DNA of 32,000 nucleotides from Geobacter sulfurreducens PCA (GTDB lineage Bacteria; Desulfobacterota; Desulfuromonadia; Geobacterales; Geobacteraceae): NCBI RefSeq assembly GCF_000007985.2, contig NC_002939.5, positions 2,220,001 to 2,252,000 of the forward strand, read 5' to 3'. Shown piece by piece: positions 24,943 to 32,000 of this stretch (position 1 is its first letter; each line of letters starts with the position of its first letter). The notes under the pieces were generated by a model. It saw only the letters and a program-made list of their open reading frames with translations, ran no database searches and was not told where the DNA came from. The position numbers and the translations under genes were made by a program.

Positions 24943-26157
24943 CTAGAGTCCTTCCTTGATCTTGCGGATCTCTTCCTTGATGATCGTTTCCGCCAGTTCG
25001 GGCACCACTTCCCAAGCGATCCGCTCGATTACTTCGCGGGAGATACGGGAAATGGCGGCAGCCAGTTGTTCTTCGGTGAGGGTGATGGTCCCCGAGCCCG
25101 GGGCAACCGGCTCGACAACCGGCGCCACTGACGTGGAAGCAGCCGGAGGGACGGCGGAGACATATTCTTCATCAGGGGCGAACTGCTGTTCCACGACAAA
25201 CTGCTCCGGTACGGCAGTCCCGCCGAACTCAAAGCCAGCCGCCGGTTCCGCTGCAAAGGCCTCGGCAGCCTGAACACCGGCCGTCGGCTCGGGTTCAAAG
25301 GCAAAGGACTCGGGTTCGGCCACCGCGCCGAAGCTTATCGTCTCCTCGACTGTACCGAACGCGGGTTCTTCGGTGAAGGTGAATTCTTCCACAGGCACAC
25401 CGAACGTGCCTGAATCGGCAGAGGCGGCAGGCGCTGCAGCAAAGGCCGCGGCATCGAACACCTCTCCCATTGCCTCGTCTCCGGGCACCATCTCACCGAC
25501 TTCAACCTCGCCAGCAACTTCCTCCTCAAGCTCGAAGGCTCCCCACAGATCATCGGCGGGAACGGTCCCTTCAGCTTCGAATGTCACTGCCTGCGCCGCA
25601 GCCTCTCCAGCGGGTTCAGCCAGGGGCTCCGACTCGAACACCGGAAACGGCTCGGGTGTGGCCGGCTCGAAGACGGCTGACGGCTCGGGGGAAGAAACGA
25701 ACGACTCCGGCTCCACCTCGAAGACGGCGGCAGGAATTTCTGCGGCAAAATCCGGTGCAGCGCCTGCGCCCGTTACCGCACGTGAGCCTCCCAGAGCCAG
25801 AAGCTCCTTGACTTTGTCGACAAGCTGCTGGGATTCAAAGGGTTTTGAGATAAAGTCGTCCGCGCCGCACTGCCGGGCCCGGTCCTCGTCAAAGGGCTCG
25901 AAGGCGCCGGTCATGAGCAGGAGAGGCGTGTTCTTCAGGGCGGGGTCTTGCCGGACGGCGGCGCACACCTCATAGCCATTGGAGCCGGGCATGAGGGCGT
26001 CGATAAGCATCACATCGGGTCTGCTTTCACGGGCTTTTTCCAGCGCGGCGTCGCCGTTGTCGACAACGGTCAGCTCAAAATCTTCGTTGGCGAAGATGAT
26101 TCCCACGACCTTCTGAATGGTGATGCTGTCGTCGGCGAGGAGCAGCCTGTTGCCCAT
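24943..26157 (-). CDS. Response-regulator receiver protein with a long acidic Phe/Glu/Pro/Ala-rich disordered region and a short conserved C-terminal helix (RomR-like architecture)
   Basis: The receiver is RLLLADDSITIQKVV ... DVMLIDALMPGSNGYEV ... LLLMTGAFEPFDE ... ISKPFESQQL. About 210 aa of low complexity follow, for example VFEVEPESFVSSPEPSAVFEPATPEPFPVFESEP. The protein ends LTEEQLAAAISRISREVIERIAWEVVPELAETIIKEEIRKIKEGL. Confidence 0.85.
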   Translation of the reverse strand: MGNRLLLADDSITIQKVVGIIFANEDFELTVVDNGDAALEKARESRPDVMLIDALMPGSNGYEVCAAVRQDPALKNTPLLLMTGAFEPFDEDRARQCGADDFISKPFESQQLVDKVKELLALGGSRAVTGAGAAPDFAAEIPAAVFEVEPESFVSSPEPSAVFEPATPEPFPVFESEPLAEPAGEAAAQAVTFEAEGTVPADDLWGAFELEEEVAGEVEVGEMVPGDEAMGEVFDAAAFAAAPAASADSGTFGVPVEEFTFTEEPAFGTVEETISFGAVAEPESFAFEPEPTAGVQAAEAFAAEPAAGFEFGGTAVPEQFVVEQQFAPDEEYVSAVPPAASTSVAPVVEPVAPGSGTITLTEEQLAAAISRISREVIERIAWEVVPELAETIIKEEIRKIKEGL

Positions 26158-26240
26158 GAATCCTCCTTCAGGGGGAGCGTCGGAAAAGGGGCCCCGGATG
26201 GATGGGGAAAAGTGCGGTTAACCCGCGAACAATCGCGGAA

Positions 26241-26269
26241 ACGCTACCATACTGACCTGAGGGTGTCAA
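26241..26269 (-). promoter_or_regulatory. Possible sigma-70-type promoter for the receiver gene
   Basis: The minus strand reads TTGACA (26269-26264), N17, TAGCGT (26246-26241). The -35 is perfect and the -10 keeps T1, A2 and T6. It lies about 85 nt upstream of ATG 26157. Confidence 0.3.
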
Positions 26270-26274
26270 GCTAT

Positions 26275-27462
26275 TTACCGGCTCGTAACAGGGCCGTAGG
26301 ATGCCGTTTCCACCAGCTCCCGAAGGTCCGGAAAGAGCATCCGGAAGGCCAGTGTCGACAGATCGCTCCGCAGCTGGCTGAAGGCCTTCGTATGGCGATG
26401 ATCAAGGCGGACCGAGAGAAAGATCACGTAAGTATCCGTCCGCGGATCGATCCAGATCGATCCGCCCGAGTAGCCGGTGTGGCCGAACGATTCCTCGGAA
26501 AATCCCTCTCCCCGGGGCGATGAAAACGGGGATGCCATGTCCCAGCCGAGCCCCCGCGTCACCTTGCCCCCGCGGGAAAAATAGGGGGCCGTCATCTGGC
26601 GCACCGTTCGCTCCTCCAGAACGCGCCGGCCGTTGAGCTCACCTTCGCCGAGGATCATCCGGCAGAAGAGTGCCAAATCGCTCGCCGTACCAAAGAGGCC
26701 CGCATGTCCGGCAACGCCTCCCAGGAGACGCGCCAGGGGGTCTTGCACCGTGCCGAAGTGGGGGCCCCCCGAGCCGTCCAGGGTGGCGGCGCACCGCTCA
26801 GCAATTGCGGGGCCGGGCAGGAATGCGGTGTCCTTCATGCCCAAGGGGCGGAGAAAGGCATCCGCCGCATAGCGGTCAAGAGTACTGCCGGTAACGCGCC
26901 GGACCAGCTCGCCCAGCAGGATGAAGTTGATATCGGCATACCTGAACCGGTTGCCCGGCTCGCCTTTCAACTTCTGGGCGGCCACCCCGCTGATGGCGCT
27001 TTGCAGGGGATCGGCAGATGACAGGGAGAAATCGTCGAGACCGGAGGTGTGGGTCAACAGGTGCACCACAAGGACATCGTCCTTGCCGTGTCCTGCAAAT
27101 TCGGGGAACCAGCGTACCAGGGGATCGACCAAGGAGAGTCGACCCTCCTCCGCCAGCCTCATGACTGCAGGGGTCGTTGCGATGACCTTGGTGAGGGAAG
27201 CGATGTCGAAAATAGTGGAAGATGTTACCGGTGGGGAATCGGGCAGGGACGACTGCTTGCCGAAGACGTGCTCGTAGATCGTGCCGTGACGGTTCCCCAC
27301 GAGCACGATCCCGCCCGCTACCAGACCGTCATGCATGGCCCTTTCCATCAACCGCCCGATGGCTTCTCCGCCCGCCGGCGGTGCATACGGTGAATCACCG
27401 GCAAAAACCGTCAGCGAACCGAAAAGTATCAGGGCTATGACAAGTATCTTTCGGGACAACAT
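26275..27462 (-). CDS. Serine hydrolase of the class C beta-lactamase / PBP-like fold
   Basis: There is a signal peptide. The SxxK motif is ASLTKVIATTP. The third box is K/HTG-like (GHTGYSGGSIW). The overall size is AmpC/EstB-like. Confidence 0.85.
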   Translation of the reverse strand: MLSRKILVIALILFGSLTVFAGDSPYAPPAGGEAIGRLMERAMHDGLVAGGIVLVGNRHGTIYEHVFGKQSSLPDSPPVTSSTIFDIASLTKVIATTPAVMRLAEEGRLSLVDPLVRWFPEFAGHGKDDVLVVHLLTHTSGLDDFSLSSADPLQSAISGVAAQKLKGEPGNRFRYADINFILLGELVRRVTGSTLDRYAADAFLRPLGMKDTAFLPGPAIAERCAATLDGSGGPHFGTVQDPLARLLGGVAGHAGLFGTASDLALFCRMILGEGELNGRRVLEERTVRQMTAPYFSRGGKVTRGLGWDMASPFSSPRGEGFSEESFGHTGYSGGSIWIDPRTDTYVIFLSVRLDHRHTKAFSQLRSDLSTLAFRMLFPDLRELVETASYGPVTSR

Positions 27463-27568
27463 GGAGACATTCCGTCACTCTGTAACGAACGTGAACCGTG
27501 GTGAGCCACTGGAGAGCAGGGTCCTCACCACTAAACAAGCAAGATTCAGGCCTTGGTTATGGGGACAG

Positions 27569-27593
27569 AAAAAAGGGGAGACACGGTCTCCCC
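27569..27593 (-). terminator. Intrinsic terminator after the small secreted protein gene
   Basis: The stem is GGGGAGAC / GTCTCCCC (27575-27582 / 27586-27593) with a 3-nt loop. The minus-strand tail is TTTTTTC. It starts 2 nt after the stop at 27595. Confidence 0.75.
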
Positions 27594-27594
27594 A

Positions 27595-27996
27595 TCAGTG
27601 CACCTTGAATTCCACCGCCTTGAGAACCTTCCCGGTCGAATCCACCGCCTCGACGCGCCAGGAGCCAACCGATTCGGCGTCAACGGGTTTTTTGCTCCAG
27701 GTACGCCATTTCTCGCCCTTCACCGTAAGCTCCTGCTCGCTGGCCATTGTGCCGTCCTTGTACCAGACATGGCGAATGACCGTTTCCTGGGCGCCGGGGT
27801 TGACGATCCGGGTAAAGCAGTAGAGGGCTTTCACCGACCGGTGCGAGATTCGACGTACCGCATCGATGGGGTTGTTGCGGGAGATCTTTGTGGTTACCGC
27901 CATTTCGGTGATCTTGAGATCGGCCGCCCGAACGGGCGAGCCAACGATCATGCCGCACGCAACTAGCGCAACGAGCAGGACGACCAGTCTCAGCAT
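27595..27996 (-). CDS. Small secreted protein (133 aa), DUF2914-like pattern
   Basis: The signal peptide is MLRLVVLLVALVACGMIVGSPVRA. The pattern ALYCFTRI...IRHVWYKDG...KWRTWSKK resembles the DUF2914 signature as I recall it. The start is ATG 27996, with GGAGG 8 nt upstream. The track's start at 28005 is a GTG. Confidence 0.7.
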   Translation of the reverse strand: MLRLVVLLVALVACGMIVGSPVRAADLKITEMAVTTKISRNNPIDAVRRISHRSVKALYCFTRIVNPGAQETVIRHVWYKDGTMASEQELTVKGEKWRTWSKKPVDAESVGSWRVEAVDSTGKVLKAVEFKVH

Positions 27997-28048
27997 CCGC
28001 ACCACCTCCCTCTCCTGTTTTTGGTGTTGTTCGACACCCCTCTGCTCC

Positions 28049-29230
28049 TCAGGTACGGTAATCGGCGTTGATCTTGACGTAGTCGTAGGACAGGTCCGAG
28101 GTGTAAACCGTTGCCCGTCCGTCGCCCAGATGCAGGTCTACAGTAACGGTGAACTCCTTCTTCCGCAATACCCCGGTACCCCGCGCCTCAGCGTCGCCGC
28201 CTGCGAAAACACCACCCTGTACCATCCTGACATCGTCGAAAAACAGCTCGGCACGGTCCGGTTCCACGTCCGCGCCGGAGTAGCCCACCGCCGCGAAAAT
28301 CCGCCCCCAGTTGGCATCCTGCCCGAAAAAGGCGGTCTTCACCAGGCATGAATTGGCGACGGCCATGGCGGCCCGCTTGGCGTCGGCATCGGAGCGGGCA
28401 CCCTTCACGGTTACTTCCACAAACTTGGTGGCCCCTTCTCCATCCTTGACGATCAGCTTGGCCAGAGAGAGGAGCACCTCCTCCAAAAGAACAGCAAATT
28501 CCGCGGCGCCCTCGCTCCCCTCGGACAGAACCGGGTTGCCGGCTGCTCCGTTGGCCATAATGATGGCGGTATCGTTGGTGGACATGTCGCCGTCCACGGT
28601 GATGGCATTGAAAGAGGTATCGTTGGCGCGGCGGAAAACCCGGTCGAGCCACTGGGGGTCCACTGCGGCATCGGTGACGACAAAGGCGAGCATGGTGGCC
28701 ATGTTCGGCATGATCATGCCGGCGCCCTTGGCGATACCGGCGATGGTGTACCCGACGCCTCCCGCAGTCCCGGTACGCGCCTCCAGTTTCGGGAAGGTGT
28801 CGGTTGTCATGATGGCCGCGGCGATCTGATCGAGGGTCGCTGAACCCAGCCCGGCCACGAGGGAAGGAATCCCTCCCCTGATCCGCTCCATGGGGAGCGG
28901 CACGCCGATCACGCCGGTAGAGCATACGAGCACCTCGTGCTCAGATGCACCAATCCGTTCGGCCACGAGGCTGGTGGTTTCCCGCGCGTCCTCCATCCCC
29001 CGGTCTCCGGTGCAGGCATTGGCGTTGCCGCTGTTGACCACCACCGCGCGGCAGGTGCCGCTCGTGGTTCGCTCCATGTCCAGAAGCACCGGCGCTGCCT
29101 TCACCTTGTTGGTGGTGTAAACCGCGGCAACTGCAGCGGGCGCGTCCGAGCAGATGAGGGCCAAGTCCAGACGGCCCGGCTTCTTAATGGCCGCTTCAAC
29201 GGCCGAGAACCGAAATCCCTTGACATTCAT
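28049..29230 (-). CDS. argJ: Bifunctional ornithine acetyltransferase / N-acetylglutamate synthase ArgJ
   Basis: The autoproteolysis site is [12 protein letters not shown]. Other ArgJ segments are [24 protein letters not shown] and [10 protein letters not shown]. The start is ATG 29230 ([13 protein letters not shown]) with GAGG 8 nt upstream. Confidence 0.93.
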   Translation of the reverse strand: MNVKGFRFSAVEAAIKKPGRLDLALICSDAPAAVAAVYTTNKVKAAPVLLDMERTTSGTCRAVVVNSGNANACTGDRGMEDARETTSLVAERIGASEHEVLVCSTGVIGVPLPMERIRGGIPSLVAGLGSATLDQIAAAIMTTDTFPKLEARTGTAGGVGYTIAGIAKGAGMIMPNMATMLAFVVTDAAVDPQWLDRVFRRANDTSFNAITVDGDMSTNDTAIIMANGAAGNPVLSEGSEGAAEFAVLLEEVLLSLAKLIVKDGEGATKFVEVTVKGARSDADAKRAAMAVANSCLVKTAFFGQDANWGRIFAAVGYSGADVEPDRAELFFDDVRMVQGGVFAGGDAEARGTGVLRKKEFTVTVDLHLGDGRATVYTSDLSYDYVKINADYRT

Positions 29231-29287
29231 AACTGAAACCTCATGAGAGCGCCACAACCTGAGAACCCGGCGCCTTCCTAAGCTATC

Positions 29288-31981
<2,694 letters not shown>

Positions 31982-32000
31982 ATAAACCGGGTCTCCTGGG

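Noticed and set aside
23571-24959. 462-aa plus-strand ORF. Similar long plus-strand ORFs occur at 30272-31885 (537 aa), 358-1233 (291 aa), 19922-20800 (292 aa), 3816-4634 (272 aa) and 16479-17267 (262 aa).
   Set aside because: All lie antisense to genes with unmistakable conserved products: valS, secA, pilQ, GGDEF-EAL, pilN/pilM and the kinase/activator. Their translations are low-complexity, Arg/Gly/Pro/His-rich, with no recognisable motifs. This is the typical stop-codon-poor antisense frame of GC-rich DNA.

Overview
GC-rich chromosomal segment that looks deltaproteobacterial and Geobacter-like. The gene order matches what I remember of the G. sulfurreducens pilMNOPQ / minor-pilin / pilD / valS / argJ / secA neighbourhood, but that is from memory and unverified. 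All 23 CDS I can support are on the minus strand. Read 5'->3' on that strand they are: secA, argJ, a small secreted protein, a serine beta-lactamase-fold hydrolase, a receiver protein with a long acidic disordered tail, valS, a GAF-PAS-GGDEF-EAL protein, prepilin peptidase pilD, a HAMP histidine kinase, an NtrC-type sigma-54 activator, a FimT-like minor pilin, a small secreted protein, a giant pilY1, fimU, pilV, pilW, pilX, a 66-aa XRE HTH protein, and pilM, pilN, pilO, pilP, pilQ (pilQ runs off the left edge). The most interesting non-coding signal lies in the 520-bp pilX-xre spacer. It holds a GEMM-I-class cyclic-dinucleotide riboswitch with an A at the position aligned to Vc2 G20, which is the 3',3'-cGAMP-type signature. 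Its aptamer is fused to an intrinsic terminator and is preceded by a good sigma-54 -24/-12 match. A nearly identical sigma-54 core sits in front of the small-ORF/pilY1/minor-pilin operon, next to the NtrC-type two-component system. PilY1 is unusually large (about 1,895 aa). It carries a PA14-like insert, a duplicated Cys-rich DSDC module and three DxDxDG-type loops. I found no tRNA, rRNA, CRISPR array or mobile element. The many long plus-strand ORFs in the track are antisense shadows of the real genes in GC-rich DNA. All domain calls were made by eye from motifs, and no searches were run.
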